A stretch of 64,000 nucleotides of DNA from Myxococcota bacterium. Lineage in GTDB: Bacteria > Myxococcota_A > Polyangia > Nannocystales > Nannocystaceae. The translations under genes were made by a program, and so were the position numbers. Location of the stretch: the NCBI GenBank assembly GCA_039028615.1, contig JBCCHT010000002.1:416001-480000 (forward strand), given 5' to 3'. The notes under the pieces were generated by a model. The model did not search any database, was not told the origin of the DNA, and was given only the letters and a program-made list of their open reading frames with translations. Below, piece by piece: positions 18,517 through 27,707 of the stretch. Numbering within the stretch: the stretch's first letter is position 1; each line of letters opens with the position of its first letter.

Positions 18517-19544
18517 TCTCGCTGGTGGTCCCGGCCTTGTCCGGGCCCAACACCGGGGGCACTCGCTTCAACCGACGCCTGGTCGCGGCGCTCCGCGACG
18601 GGGGACAGCCCGTGCAGGTCCGGGACTTCGATACGGCCCTGGACGCGATCGGGCACCCGATGGCCCTGCCGTGGATCGACAGCCTGTGGCTCCCGCGGCT
18701 CGGCGAGTGGCTGGCCGCGGCCCAGCGCGTGGGCGTGCCCGCTCGATTCGGCCTGCTCACGCACTATCTGCCCGCGCTGGTAGAGCACGGCGAGCGACCG
18801 CCAGCAGCCGGCCTGTCCGAGGGCGAGGCGCTGGCGCTGCGTCATGCCGAGGCCTTCCTCGTGCCCAGCGAGTACCTGGCCTCGGAGCTTCGGGCGCTGG
18901 GGGTCGACCCGTCGCGGATCTCGGTGCTCGAACCCGGGCTCGACCTTCCCGTCGAGCCCACGCCGGGCGATCCGACGTCGACGACCCGAGCGGTGATGCT
19001 CGCCAACGTCGTCGAGGGCAAGGGCGTTGCTCCCCTGCTCGATGCCCTGGCGAAACGCCTGCACGACGACGATGCGCTCGAGCTCCGCCTCATCGGTAGC
19101 CTGGAGATGGAGCCCGGCTACGCCCAGCGCTGTGCCGTAAACGTGCGCGAGCACCCCGCGCTGAGCCCCCGCGTCCACCTGACCGGCCCCGCCTCGCATG
19201 AGAACTGCATTCACGCGCTGCTCGAGGCCGACGTGCTCCTGTCGGCCTCGCGCATGGAGTCCTACGGCATGGCGCTCGCCGAGGCCCGCGGCTGCGGGCG
19301 GCCCGTCATCGCGCGCAAGGGCGGCAACGCGAGCGCCCACGTTCGTACGGAGTGGGGCGGACGACTCGTCGACGACGAGACCGCCGTGGCCGACGCGCTC
19401 GTCGAGTTTGCTCGCGACACCGAAGCTCGCCGCGAACGCAGTCGGCTCGCCTGGACCCATCGCCTGCAGCGGACGTGGTCGGCCTGCGCCAACGATCTAC
19501 TCGCGGCGCTCGCCGACCGGTCCGCGCCACGACCACCACAGTGA
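18513..19544 (+). CDS. Glycosyltransferase family 4
   Basis: TGG..FNRRL N-terminus; SRMESYGMALAEA (ExxGxxxxEA); ATGA overlap with upstream gene. Confidence 0.85.
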   Translation: MISLVVPALSGPNTGGTRFNRRLVAALRDGGQPVQVRDFDTALDAIGHPMALPWIDSLWLPRLGEWLAAAQRVGVPARFGLLTHYLPALVEHGERPPAAGLSEGEALALRHAEAFLVPSEYLASELRALGVDPSRISVLEPGLDLPVEPTPGDPTSTTRAVMLANVVEGKGVAPLLDALAKRLHDDDALELRLIGSLEMEPGYAQRCAVNVREHPALSPRVHLTGPASHENCIHALLEADVLLSASRMESYGMALAEARGCGRPVIARKGGNASAHVRTEWGGRLVDDETAVADALVEFARDTEARRERSRLAWTHRLQRTWSACANDLLAALADRSAPRPPQ

Positions 19545-20186
19545 GTGGGCAAACGACCCGATGATGAGCAGCGACGCCAGCTGCACCGCGCCCGCCGTCA
19601 GCCAGCACGGCCACACCATCACCCCGATGAACGTGCAGACCAGGATGCCGAAGGCGTTGCGGGCCAGGGCGTTGCGAGGCACTTCGCCGTGCAGCTGCAG
19701 CCCCGAGACCACCAGGACGTAGCCGTAGCGCAGGCCGCCCACGATCAAGACCCAGCCCGGCGCCAAGTCGGCCTGCACCAGCGCTCCCGTCACCACCGCG
19801 ACCATGAACGCATCCGCCTCTTGGTCGAAGGCCGCGCCGAACTTCGTGGCCGTCCCCGTGCGCCGCGCCCACCAGCCGTCGAGGGCATCGAGGCCGAAGA
19901 TCACCAGCACCAGCCATCCCCCCCAGGGGATGAGCGGTCCGGGCGATAACCAGGCGACCCACACGACCAAGGCGATCCGCAGCGCGGTCACCGAGTTGGC
20001 GAAGCCGAAGCGCCGCGGCGCCCGCCAGGCGGCTCGGTTCGCGGCGAGCCAGCGCACGAACGCCAACAACCCCAGCAAGACGAGCCCCTCCAGGCGACGG
20101 GTGAACGCGACCAACACCACACCGCCGAGCATGGCCTCGGCGAGGGCCAGCGTAGCTCGCTGCTCAGGGGGAAGGCGTCGGGGCAT
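19497..20186 (-). CDS. CDP-alcohol phosphatidyltransferase family protein
   Basis: ANSVTALR and DALDGWWARRTGTATKFGAAFDQEAD (DxxDGxxAR...GxxxDxxxD). Confidence 0.9.
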   Translation of the reverse strand: MPRRLPPEQRATLALAEAMLGGVVLVAFTRRLEGLVLLGLLAFVRWLAANRAAWRAPRRFGFANSVTALRIALVVWVAWLSPGPLIPWGGWLVLVIFGLDALDGWWARRTGTATKFGAAFDQEADAFMVAVVTGALVQADLAPGWVLIVGGLRYGYVLVVSGLQLHGEVPRNALARNAFGILVCTFIGVMVWPCWLTAGAVQLASLLIIGSFAHSLWWSWRGPVGERRE

Positions 20187-21141
20187 GGTCGGGGCGTCGT
20201 CGTTGGAGCAGCAGCGGCACGGCCCCGGGCAGGGCGCCGAGCAGGCTCACGACTCCGAAGATAGCCGCACTCGCAGCCCCCTGCGCAACCGGGATGTCGG
20301 CGAGCTGGAACAAGGCCATCGCGCTGAGTTCACGCACCCCCCAGCCCCCCACCGTCAGCGGGAGCATGGTCGCGGCGAGAATGAAGGGCACGATCAGCAG
20401 CGCCTGCCCCACCGTCATCGAGGAGCCGATGGCGACGGCGCCGCAGTAGAACATCGCCACCAGTAGGCCGAGACCCGCGAGCGAGCTGAGCCCTTGCACG
20501 AGCGGGGCGATGCCGCTGAACACCGCAACCCGCAGCTCCTCGCGCACCCGCGACAGTGCCTGTCCGGCCCGAGTCTGAGCAAAGCCCGGTCGCCGAGCGA
20601 AGAGCACCACGCCGATCACCGCGAGCGCCACCACCCCCATCGTGCCGAGGATGGCGGCGAGATGGTCGTGCAGCCCCCACACGAGGGCGGCGACGAGCAG
20701 GACCGCCCACAGCACCGCTTGGCCCACGATGCGTTCGATCACCACCGAGCGCGCCACCAACCCCAGCGGACGCGCCTCCCCGTCCGTCTGGCGAGCGACC
20801 CGAGCCACATCGCCGAGCACGCCGCCGGGCAGCACGAAGTTGAGCAACACCGCCACGTAGTACTCGCGGCACGCGACCCCGAACGGAAGCTCCAGCCCCA
20901 TGCGGGTCGCGGTGAAGCTCCAGCGCCAGGCCATGGTCGCGAGCTGAGCGACCGACAACAGCAGCGCCAGCCCGAGCCAGCGCGGATCGGCCTGCCCTAC
21001 CTGGTCGACGATTTCCTGCAGGTCGAGCCACAGCAGCGTCGACGCCAACAGCCCCAGACCTATCGCCCATCGCAACCCGGCCGTGGCCAGCGGGTGGGCG
21101 CGGGCCCACTCGCGAAGCCGGGTCAGGGGCGAAGAGCTCAC
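20164..21141 (-). CDS. Lysylphosphatidylglycerol-synthase TM / UPF0104 flippase-like protein
   Basis: AWRW, NFVLPGGVLGDVAR, ER, LPLTVGGWGVRE; multi-TM. Confidence 0.85.
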   Translation of the reverse strand: MSSSPLTRLREWARAHPLATAGLRWAIGLGLLASTLLWLDLQEIVDQVGQADPRWLGLALLLSVAQLATMAWRWSFTATRMGLELPFGVACREYYVAVLLNFVLPGGVLGDVARVARQTDGEARPLGLVARSVVIERIVGQAVLWAVLLVAALVWGLHDHLAAILGTMGVVALAVIGVVLFARRPGFAQTRAGQALSRVREELRVAVFSGIAPLVQGLSSLAGLGLLVAMFYCGAVAIGSSMTVGQALLIVPFILAATMLPLTVGGWGVRELSAMALFQLADIPVAQGAASAAIFGVVSLLGALPGAVPLLLQRRRPDHAPTPSP

Positions 21142-21536
21142 AAGGGGCCTTCGAAGGCCGCCCAGGCCGCGTGGGACTCACGAAGCACGATCTTGAGCGA
21201 CTTCAGTCCCTCCGAGCCGGGCCCGAGCTCGCCGGCCTCGATCTTCGCCTTCATCTTGTCGAACACCACCTTGGCCATGAACTCGGTGGTGGTGTTCTTG
21301 CCCTTCAGCTCGTCGATGTCGTCGAGGTTCCGATAGGAGTACTCGCCCATGATCGCCTCGAGGGCGGTCGTGGCTCGGCCGATGTCGACCACGAGCCCGT
21401 TGGCGTCGAGCGCTTCTCCGTGGAATTCCGCATCGACCACATAGGTCGCGCCGTGAAGCTTCTGCGCAGGTCCGAAGACCTCCCCCTTGAAGCTGTGAGC
21501 GATCATCATGTGGGCGCGAACGCAGACGGTGAACAT
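21138..21536 (-). CDS. 6-pyruvoyl/6-carboxy-tetrahydropterin synthase family (COG0720), Cys-less subtype
   Basis: IAHS, FGPAQKLHGATY, NLD, NTTTE, ESH..WA; lacks the CxxxHGH catalytic motif of QueD. Confidence 0.85.
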   Translation of the reverse strand: MFTVCVRAHMMIAHSFKGEVFGPAQKLHGATYVVDAEFHGEALDANGLVVDIGRATTALEAIMGEYSYRNLDDIDELKGKNTTTEFMAKVVFDKMKAKIEAGELGPGSEGLKSLKIVLRESHAAWAAFEGPL

Positions 21537-21539
21537 GGC

Positions 21540-22520
21540 TCAACCGTACACAACCCGGTGACACAGGACGAACGCGTCGGATTTGGTGACCTGGGCCATG
21601 GTCTGCGGCAGATCCTCGAAGCGGCTGTCGCCGTCGAGCAACGCGTCGAGAGCATCGTCGGCGAGAAGGCGCAGCGCCAGCTCGAGGCGGCGGCGGTAGG
21701 TCCACCGAGCGCGCCGCGGCAGCGGGATCGCACCGACCTGGGAGGAGATGATGCGAAGCCGTCGGGAGTGGAAGGCCCCGCCCAGCGACAGCGTGGCGGG
21801 TCGGTCGCCGAACCAGCTCATCTCCACCACGGTGGCCTCGGCGCCCGCCAGCTCCAGCGCACGCGACAGGGCGGCCGGCGATCCGCTGGTGTCGATCACC
21901 CGATCGAGCTCACCGCTCGCCTCCTCGGGCGATCGAAAGGGCACCCCCAGCGCGTCCGCGACCGCACGCTTGCGCTCGTCGAGATCGATGAGCTGGACCT
22001 CGCAGCCCGCGACCCGGGCGGCGAGATAGGCGACGAGGCAGCCCACCACCCCCGCACCGATCACCCCGACTCGATCGCCGATGCCGAGCTGTGCATCCCA
22101 CAGGCCGTTGATCGCGGTCTCCATGTTCGCCGCCAGCACCGCTCGCGACGCCGGCAGCCCGGCGGGCAACGGCACGACCGAGTCCGCCGCGACCGTGTAC
22201 CGGGTCTGATGCGGATACAGGCAAAAGACCTCCCGCCCGCGCAGCGATGCCTCGCCGTCCTCGACGACCCCGACATTGCAGTAGCCGTACTTGACCGGCC
22301 AGGGGAACTCGCCCTGCTGGTGCGGTCCCTTCATGCGGGCATGCTCGCTGGGCGGCACCCGACCGTGGAAGACCAACGACTCGGTCCCGCGGCTGATGGC
22401 GCTGTAGAGCGTCCGCACCAGCACCTGCCCTGGTCCGGGCGCGTCGATGGACTCGGCTCGAAGCTCGGACTTCGCCGGGCCCGTCACCCAGAATGCTCGT
22501 GCGTCATGGCTCCCGGTCAC
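21540..22520 (-). CDS. MDR-family (zinc-binding ADH-like) dehydrogenase
   Basis: SAISRGTE, PVKYGYCNVG, ANMETA, GAGVVG, FHSRRL; start uncertain. Confidence 0.85.
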   Translation of the reverse strand: MTGSHDARAFWVTGPAKSELRAESIDAPGPGQVLVRTLYSAISRGTESLVFHGRVPPSEHARMKGPHQQGEFPWPVKYGYCNVGVVEDGEASLRGREVFCLYPHQTRYTVAADSVVPLPAGLPASRAVLAANMETAINGLWDAQLGIGDRVGVIGAGVVGCLVAYLAARVAGCEVQLIDLDERKRAVADALGVPFRSPEEASGELDRVIDTSGSPAALSRALELAGAEATVVEMSWFGDRPATLSLGGAFHSRRLRIISSQVGAIPLPRRARWTYRRRLELALRLLADDALDALLDGDSRFEDLPQTMAQVTKSDAFVLCHRVVYG

Positions 22521-22584
22521 CGCACGCAGCAGGGTCCACGATGGCGAGGGGTTGTGCAATGCTACGCGTCGCATTCGCCGCCCC

Positions 22585-24273
22585 ATGAGCTCGACGCGCC
22601 CGCCCTGGCGACTCGCCACACCTTCGTTCGCCGCGGTGGGACTGCTGGCGACCATCGTCGTGTTCCTGTTCGTCCGTGAGCTGGGTACGCCTGTCTACGA
22701 CGACGCGTATTTCTTCAAGCGCTTCGCCCTCAACGCCATCGAGCACCAGACCCTCGCCTGGAACCTCGCGGATGGCCCCGTGCACGGGTGCACCAGCCAG
22801 GCCTTCGTGGTGGTGGCGATCATCGCCGCGCTGTTCAGCCACACGCACTACGTGGTGGTCATCAAGGGCATCGGCGCCGCGAGCCTGATGCTCGCGGGCG
22901 GCCTGCTCGCGCGCTGGGGCGCTCGCCATGCACCCGAGGGCTCGCCCGCCCCCATGCTCGTGCTGCTCGGGCTGGGCTCTCCCCTCGCGCTCAGCACCGT
23001 GCTGTCCGGGATGGAAACGGCCATGACCATGGCGGTGCTCGCCGGGGTGCTGGTGGTCATGCTCCGGCCCGGGACCGAGCCCGACGACGGGCCGAGCCCG
23101 CTCGTCGCTGCCCTGCTCACGGCGCTGGTCTACCTGTGTCGCCCTGATGTCGCGGTGGTCCCCGCCGTCGTCTACGCGGGTCATGCCTGGCGCGCGACCG
23201 GTCGCCTGCCGTGGCGCTACGCCCTGATGCTCGCCGCGTCGATCGGCGTGGTCTGGGCCGCGCTGTGGGCCTACTACGGCACGCCCCTGCCCTTGTCGTT
23301 CTACATGAAGACGGCCGGGGTGCAGTCCTACGGCGAGTTCATGATGAACGCCGCCGCCGAGCAAAAGCAGCTCCACGTCGGCCTGACCCTGCTGTTCGCG
23401 GCGCCGCTTTTGTGGATCGCGGGCCATCGCCGCGACCCGATCAACGTCGCCCTGCTCGCCGCGGTGGCCTCGCTGTGGGCCTACCACGCCGGCTTCACCA
23501 CCGAGATCATGGGCTATCGCGGGCGCTTTTACGCCCCGGGCTTCATCCCCCTGACGATGGCCGCCATGCGTGGACACGCGGCGTTCGTGGAGCGAGGCCG
23601 CCGTGGACTCGCGGTCGGCCTGCTGCTGGTGCTCACGGTGGTCATGGTGATCGGCTACCGGCAGCACTGGGTCCCGTCGTCGCAAGACGACCCGCTCAGC
23701 CAGGTGCTGTGGCCGAGCTACGCGGGCCTCGGGCTCGGGGCAGCGTGGGTGATGCTGGCCTCGCCGCGGATCGGGGCCCACATCCAGGGGCTGGGCCTGG
23801 GCGCCATCACCATCGCCGCCGTGCTCGGCTGGAAGCCCCCGGCCCTGTCGCCGTTGCGGGCCGACCACCAGCTGCTCCGACGACACGACCGTCAGGTCAC
23901 CACCACCCGCGGCATCTTCGACGTCGCACGCTGCCTGGAGACGCCCACCGTCTACCACTCGGAGATGGGCGTGACCGGGTTGGTCCTGTTTCGCTCTCGC
24001 GTGGTCGACCTCGTGGGCCTGCTGAGCGACAACCGACTACGCGGGGAGAGCTTCGAGCAGCAGTGCCAGCGCGACCAGCCGGAGGCCATCTTCCTGCCTC
24101 ATCGCGGCTATCGTGATCTGAACGCCGAGATCCAGCGGTCGTCCTGCATCGGCGACTACCAGCGCGTGGTCGACCGCTCGTCCTCGCCGCTGCACATTCG
24201 CCGCGATCTGGTCGCTGGATTCATGGCCTGCGCCCGTGACGTACAGCGCTTCCGCGCCCGCCCGAAGCGATGA
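22585..24273 (+). CDS. Multi-TM protein, GT-C / arabinofuranosyltransferase-like
   Basis: YDDAYFFKRFA.N, GPVHGCTS, SGMET, RPD, YYG.PLP.SFY.K, VVDLVGL motifs. Confidence 0.65.
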   Translation: MSSTRPPWRLATPSFAAVGLLATIVVFLFVRELGTPVYDDAYFFKRFALNAIEHQTLAWNLADGPVHGCTSQAFVVVAIIAALFSHTHYVVVIKGIGAASLMLAGGLLARWGARHAPEGSPAPMLVLLGLGSPLALSTVLSGMETAMTMAVLAGVLVVMLRPGTEPDDGPSPLVAALLTALVYLCRPDVAVVPAVVYAGHAWRATGRLPWRYALMLAASIGVVWAALWAYYGTPLPLSFYMKTAGVQSYGEFMMNAAAEQKQLHVGLTLLFAAPLLWIAGHRRDPINVALLAAVASLWAYHAGFTTEIMGYRGRFYAPGFIPLTMAAMRGHAAFVERGRRGLAVGLLLVLTVVMVIGYRQHWVPSSQDDPLSQVLWPSYAGLGLGAAWVMLASPRIGAHIQGLGLGAITIAAVLGWKPPALSPLRADHQLLRRHDRQVTTTRGIFDVARCLETPTVYHSEMGVTGLVLFRSRVVDLVGLLSDNRLRGESFEQQCQRDQPEAIFLPHRGYRDLNAEIQRSSCIGDYQRVVDRSSSPLHIRRDLVAGFMACARDVQRFRARPKR

Positions 24274-24301
24274 GCCCCCGACCGCGACCGGCCGGGGGCT
24301 C
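24272..24301. terminator. Hairpin between convergent genes
   Basis: GAGCCCCCG-N12-CGGGGGCTC perfect 9-bp inverted repeat. Confidence 0.5.
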
Positions 24302-24322
24302 GAGAGTCGATCTACGACGGAC

Positions 24323-26506
24323 CTAGACCGGCCAGATGCAGATGAAGCCGCCGAAGCAAGTCATCCCATTGGGACAGGTCTCCCCGAGCTGACAGCTGAG
24401 CAGGCAGTCGTTGATCCCTTCGGTGGTGACGTCCTGGCAGACCACCGTAGCCGTGCCCGTGGGCGGAGACGGCGGGCACCCGGCCGCGTTGACGCAGCCC
24501 TGGTCCGCACAGATCCCCACCGTCGGCGTGGCCACGTTGTCGACGATGCAGATCTCGGTACCGAGGCAGACCGACGGCGCCGCGAAGTCGGCACAGTTGC
24601 CGTAGCCCGCGGGCGGGTCACACGAGCCGAGGTCGATGCCCGAGCAATCCGCCGCGCAGGACAAGGGCCCACCGGTCAGGCCCGCGTCGCCGCAGGCCTG
24701 GCCGCCGACATCGAACCCGTCGCAGGCCTCGGCGCCATCGATGACCCCGTTACCGCACTGGTTGCAGCCGCTGGTGTCGTAGCCGCTGCAGTCGCCCGCG
24801 CACCCGAGCGCACCGCCGCCGAACCCGAGCGACGCACAGGTCTCGCCCTCGAGGTCCACCCCGTCGCAGGTCTCGCCGGCCTGGTCGACGATGTCGTTGC
24901 CGCACGCACCACACTGCGCATTGCAGCTGTTGACCGCATCGTTCGCGCACGAGGCATCCCACGCCGTGCTGCAGCAGGTCGGGTCGAGCGCGCAGACACA
25001 CGCCTCGATGTCTGGCACCTCGCAGCCCGTGCCGCCGTTGTCGAAGCAACAGTCGCCGCCCGGGTCGAGGGTGCAGTTGCCGGTGTTGAGCGTGCAGTTG
25101 GGCGCACACGACAGCAGGCCCCCGGTGAAGCCCTGAGTCTGGCAGGACTGCCCGCCGAGGTCGGCCCCGTCGCACTGCTCTCCGCCGCCGATGACCCCAT
25201 CGCCGCACAGGAAGCACCCCGAGGTGTCGAACGCATTGCAGCCGGGCTCGCACCCCAGCACGCCGCCGTTGAAGCCCTGCGTGATGCAGTTTTCTCCGTC
25301 GAGGTCCGTGCCGTCGCAGGTCTCGACCCCCTCGGTGATGTCGTTGCCACACGAGAAGGTGATGCAGCCCGAAGTATCGAACCCACACGACGCATCACAG
25401 GCCAGCGTGCCCGCATCGAAGCCCTGGGTCTGGCAGGTCTCGCCGTCGAGGTTGGCGTTGTCGCACTGCTCCGGGCCCTCGACGACGCTGTTGCCGCACG
25501 AGAACGTGTCGCATCCCGCCGTGTCGAAGGTGCAGTTGCCCAGGCACCCCAGCGTGCCCGCATCGAAGCCCTGCGAGATGCAGTCTTCGCCATCGAGGTT
25601 GGCGTTGTCGCACTGCTCCGGGCCTTCGATGACGTCGTTGCCGCAGACCCAGGTCACGCACGCGCTGGTGTCGAACGAGCAGTCGCCCGCGCACGCCAGC
25701 GTCCCCTCGTCGAAGCCCTGCGACACGCAGTCTTCCCCCGCCAGGTCTGCCCCTTCGCAGTCCTCGGGGCCCTCGATGATCGCGTTGCCGCAGGCCCAGG
25801 TCACGCAGCCCGAGGTGTCGAGCGTACAGTCGCCCGCGCACGCCAGCGTCCCCTCGTCGAAGCCTTGCGACACGCAGTCTTGCCCCGCCAGGTCGGCGTT
25901 GTCGCAGACCTCCGCGCCCTCGATGACATCGTTGCCGCAGGCCCAGGTCACGCACGCGCTGGTGTCGAACGAGCACCGCCCGTCGCAGGCCAGCGTGCCC
26001 TCGTCGAAGCCTTCGGAGATGCAGTCGGCCCCGCCCAGCTCGGCACCGTCGCACTGCTCGCGCCCCTCGATGACATCGTTGCCGCACGAGAAGTCGACGC
26101 ACGCCGACTCGTCGAAGGTGCAGTCGGCCGCACACGCCAGCGTGCCCTCGTCGAAGCCCTGGCTGACGCAGTCGGCTCCGCCCAGGTCGGTGCCGTCACA
26201 ATCCTCGGTGCCTTCGACCGCATCGTTGCCACACTCCGCGTCCGGGCCCGTCGAGTCGACGCCTCCGCTGGTATCGACCCCTCCCGAGCCCGAGCCCATC
26301 GAGCCGCCGCCCACCCCGTCCGAGCCCGACCCGGAGCCGGAAGTCGTGCCTCCGCCTCCCGTGTCCGACACGCCGGAATCCCCCGCCGTGGTGGGCACGC
26401 CGAAAGTGGTGACGGCACCGGGCACCGCATCGTCGCCGCACCCAGGAACGACGAGCAACGCCCCCAGCGTCGCAATGGCCAAATAAGAAAATCGAGCAGA
26501 CCGCAT
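24323..26506 (-). CDS. Cysteine-rich repeat lipoprotein (myxobacterial type)
   Basis: Lipobox VPGC, Gly/Ser/Thr linker, ten CG(N/D)...E.C(D/E) repeat units. Confidence 0.85.
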   Translation of the reverse strand: MRSARFSYLAIATLGALLVVPGCGDDAVPGAVTTFGVPTTAGDSGVSDTGGGGTTSGSGSGSDGVGGGSMGSGSGGVDTSGGVDSTGPDAECGNDAVEGTEDCDGTDLGGADCVSQGFDEGTLACAADCTFDESACVDFSCGNDVIEGREQCDGAELGGADCISEGFDEGTLACDGRCSFDTSACVTWACGNDVIEGAEVCDNADLAGQDCVSQGFDEGTLACAGDCTLDTSGCVTWACGNAIIEGPEDCEGADLAGEDCVSQGFDEGTLACAGDCSFDTSACVTWVCGNDVIEGPEQCDNANLDGEDCISQGFDAGTLGCLGNCTFDTAGCDTFSCGNSVVEGPEQCDNANLDGETCQTQGFDAGTLACDASCGFDTSGCITFSCGNDITEGVETCDGTDLDGENCITQGFNGGVLGCEPGCNAFDTSGCFLCGDGVIGGGEQCDGADLGGQSCQTQGFTGGLLSCAPNCTLNTGNCTLDPGGDCCFDNGGTGCEVPDIEACVCALDPTCCSTAWDASCANDAVNSCNAQCGACGNDIVDQAGETCDGVDLEGETCASLGFGGGALGCAGDCSGYDTSGCNQCGNGVIDGAEACDGFDVGGQACGDAGLTGGPLSCAADCSGIDLGSCDPPAGYGNCADFAAPSVCLGTEICIVDNVATPTVGICADQGCVNAAGCPPSPPTGTATVVCQDVTTEGINDCLLSCQLGETCPNGMTCFGGFICIWPV
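24620..26233 (-). repeat. Intragenic tandem repeat, about 147 nt / 49 aa unit, 8+2 copies
   Basis: Consensus CGNDVIEGxEqCDxaxLxGxdCxsQGFDxGTLaCxxxCxFDTSxCxtxx, six Cys per unit; a different CC..C..DP.CC...WD..C module lies between units 8 and 9; left boundary approximate. Confidence 0.85.
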
Positions 26507-26601
26507 CCACCCCAGATTACGCCAACGACGGGGCGGCAGGTCGACAAATCGCCAACGTTGGGCTCACCGTCGAAGGTGTTGTGGTGCCGTGTGTGCCTCG
26601 A

Positions 26602-27312
26602 CTAACGATCGGTCTTCGGCCACCACTCCAGGGTCCAAGTCCCCGCGCGTTGGTCTTTGGCCGGGTCCCAAATTGCCTCACCTTCGCAGTCGAACACCGC
26701 GAAGATGGCAAAGAACGCTCCCTTCCAGACCGTGGGATAGCCCTGCGCCTCCCAAACCTCGCGAGCGATGTCCTCAAAAGAAACGATGGCCCGGTCCGCC
26801 CCGGCGACCTCGGCGGTCGCGGTCAGGTGATCGCGATAGATGTGCCCCCACGCCCGCGGAACCATCTTCACCAAGCTCCCCGGGTTCGCGCCCAAAAGTC
26901 GTGCACTGCCCCGAATGATGCTGCGGAACAACGGACCGTTGAGGGTCCCGTGCACCGCGTCGCAAACGAGTTCCACCGCCCCGCTCTCCCCGAGCACGGG
27001 GACCCAGGAGTCGACGATGAGCCGCTCGTGTTCAACATCGATCCACGCCGTCGGTGGCGCCGACGCGACCAGCTCGATCGTCTCGGCGGGCACGCGTTCC
27101 AGCAGCTTCGCGTACGCCCGAGCGTTGCGCCGCTCGAGCAGCTGCAACGCATCTCGAAGCCCACGCGCACGCACGGCTGGGGCCCGCTTGCTCACCACTC
27201 GAGCCTGCCGTGCCCCGTCCTCGCGTCGCAAACCGTCGAGTGTCCCGTTCCGAAAAATCGTGCCGGATCCGCCGGCCCGACCGAGGTCGCGAGTGAAAAT
27301 CAGGGTCATCAC
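26602..27312 (-). CDS. Hypothetical myxobacterial protein (DUF2378/H-NOX-like fold suspected)
   Basis: Coding-like composition, W(I)D.E and P..W...YRD pattern; true start probably about 27196. Confidence 0.5.
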   Translation of the reverse strand: MMTLIFTRDLGRAGGSGTIFRNGTLDGLRREDGARQARVVSKRAPAVRARGLRDALQLLERRNARAYAKLLERVPAETIELVASAPPTAWIDVEHERLIVDSWVPVLGESGAVELVCDAVHGTLNGPLFRSIIRGSARLLGANPGSLVKMVPRAWGHIYRDHLTATAEVAGADRAIVSFEDIAREVWEAQGYPTVWKGAFFAIFAVFDCEGEAIWDPAKDQRAGTWTLEWWPKTDR

Positions 27313-27347
27313 GACGGCGTTCCAATACTGCGTTCAGGGTTACCCTG

Positions 27348-27707
27348 ATGGCCCGAAGAGCGGTCTCGCGCCTGCCTTCGCCTGTCGATCTGCAACGGAT
27401 GACCATGGTCGTTTGGGCCCGCTGCGGCACTATCCAACCGTGGCGATCGTGCTCCGACTCCGTGACCGTCGAAGGCACCACGCTGACGGTCGAGACCTCC
27501 GCGACGATCACTGAACTCGGGAAGCGGGCCTGCACCGACGATTGCAGGGCGGTCCTGACCGATTGCGAAGTGCCCAAACTCGCCCCGGGCACCTACACGC
27601 TGCAGTACGGCGACCCGAGTTCCTCGTTCACCGTCCCCGACGACACCGAGGTCTGCGTCGGCAGATGGTATCTTGCCTCGATCCCACTAGAACGATTCGA
27701 TCGATGA
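27348..27707 (+). pseudogene. N-terminally truncated paralogue of the downstream Cys lipoprotein
   Basis: CTDDCRAVLTDCEVPKLAPGTYTLQYG matches CTADCRGVSTDCEVPELTLDSYTVWYG downstream, but there is no signal peptide or lipobox. Confidence 0.45.

Noticed and set aside
21138..21536. Calling this gene queD and the cluster queuosine or 7-deazaguanine DNA modification
   Set aside because: Catalytic Cys motif is absent and there is no queC, queE, folE or tgt/dpdA in the window
24236..26605. 789-aa and 431-aa plus-strand repeat ORFs; possible CRISPR-like periodicity
   Set aside because: Shadows of the Cys-rich repeat gene; the repeats are degenerate at codon third positions with no unique spacers and no cas genes
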